Shown here in pieces: positions 62,612-64,000 of a stretch of 64,000 bases of DNA (its first letter is position 1; each line of letters opens with the position of its first letter). The notes under the pieces were generated by a model. It ran no database searches, was not told the origin of the DNA, and worked only from the letters and a program-made list of their open reading frames with translations. This DNA is from Somniosus microcephalus (Eukaryota). The DNA is taken from contig CM126221.1 of assembly GCA_052327205.1 (NCBI GenBank), forward strand, positions 46,252,001 through 46,316,000, in the 5' to 3' direction. The position numbers were made by a program, and so were the translations under genes.

Positions 62612-62756
62612 GAAGGAAGGAAGGAAAGAAAGATAGAAAGAAAGAAGGAAAGAAAGGAAGAAAGACTTGCATTTATATAACGCTTTCACAACATCCCAAA
62701 GTGCTTTACAGCCAATGATGTACTTTTGAAGTGTAGTCACTGTTGTAATGTAGGAA
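62612..62756 (-). repeat. (GGAA/GAAA)n microsatellite grown from a DeuSINE tail, plus a SINE fragment
   Basis: ggaaggaagg...gaaagacttgcatttatata. Confidence 0.8.
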
Positions 62757-64000
62757 TAATGTAATGTAATAATGTTGTAATAGAGGGTCAGTCTGTATCA
62801 CTGTGGATTATTTTTCTATTTACATTGATGACTTGCCTGAAGGGTCACTCACTGTAAATTTTGGCTGTTCTCCTTAAACTAGAATTCATTAGGAGTATAC
62901 ATAAACTTAGCTTTTGATAATCATGTAGGATGGACTATCGCCTGTACAAGCGAGTACATTACAAAAATCTGCAATATTCATCTGCATTCTCTTTTTGGCG
63001 TCATTACAACATGTGTAGCATGCTCTGCGTACCCAGGCAATGTGGGAAATACCTTCAGTTGAGCAGTGATCACCTCTCATCATATCTCTTTGGAGGCCTG
63101 AAGGATCTTTGTATAGTGTTGCTTTGTATGACTGGTCATAATGTTGGCAGATTATGAGCACCAGCTCCTCTATTTCCTATTTTAGGAAATGTCTCTTGTG
63201 GTCTTCTCCTTTCCTATTCAAACCAAGCTGAATTGGCTTCTTGAAATAAGGATACAGGAATGTTGAATTGATAGCATTCTGTCTTGTCAAATCATTTTGT
63301 GTTTGGGGTATATAAGTATTGGCATAACTTGTTACATAGCTGTCAGTACGACATGCAAAGTACCAGTGCAGCAATCACAGACAGTTTGAGAATCAAGTTT
63401 GTTTTTTGCTGTCTCTAAACACACCCCCTTCCCCCAAAAACACAAGTTCCTTCAAAATGCAAACATTATACAATTAAATACAATTACTGAAAAAACGGAC
63501 GTGCTATCTATGTGTATGTATCTTCTTGTCTGTCTGTGTGTCTTTCCCTTTGTCTGTCTGTCTCTCTGTTATTCTATATTTTTCTATCTGGCTTTATCAC
63601 TGTTTCTTTTGTTTATGTGTCTCTCCATGCCAGGGTTTGGAAGGGGAGAGGCTTTAGAAATCAGTTTTCCTATGAGGTTTGCGCTGTCTCTCTCTGGTAC
63701 AGATTGCTCAGCAAGCAGCCCTCCTCCACAACGAACTGTGTTTTCATTTGTTTCAATTTCAAAAGATAAAAGTTAGAATCCTATGGTTTAGCAACAACCT
63801 CCCTAAGTGTCTTGACACAGCAGAATTTGTAGATCTTACCCAATTAGCGTAGAGTTTAATCAAAACCATCTCTAACATCAAGGTTTTCTCAGAATTGTAT
63901 CCTATCGTGTGTGTATCTGTTATCTTTGTGTATAATGATTAAGGTATGTGAAAAACATTGGCAACCTTGTACACAGCTGGAAGAGTATTTTCAGCGCCAG

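Noticed and set aside
62907-63900. Possible exons of a neighbouring gene
   Set aside because: Only isolated splice-like motifs and low-complexity (CT/GT) ORFs; no identifiable protein.

Overview
This is eukaryotic, repeat-rich vertebrate DNA. The repeat families (SacSINE1/AmnSINE-type DeuSINEs, HER1-like CR1, Neptune-type Penelope, Harbinger MITEs, Tx1, RTE, L2) point to a cartilaginous fish. The one host gene I can support is a complete minus-strand GATA4/5/6-class transcription factor. It has six coding exons (51245-50771, 39659-39493, 35070-34945, 33088-33001, 31188-31064, 28218-28081), all with GT-AG junctions in compatible phases, giving a 1119-nt CDS and a 372-aa protein. The last two exons are absent from the ORF track and were found by hand. 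The protein is closest to GATA4 but diverges even in the normally near-invariant N-finger helix (YNRING vs YHKMNG). That makes it a candidate for the fourth, 'missing' GATA456 whole-genome-duplication ohnolog, although a fast-evolving gata4 cannot be excluded. The window also holds an uninterrupted PIF/Harbinger transposase ORF running off the left edge (829 to <1), several Harbinger-type MITEs with 3-bp target-site duplications (TSDs), and Penelope remnants with minimal hammerhead ribozyme motifs and long inverted repeats. There are also candidate GATA/FOX/SOX/NKX enhancer clusters. Family names and reference-protein comparisons come from recalled motifs, not from database searches. Repeat boundaries are approximate unless a TSD or terminal inverted repeat (TIR) is cited.
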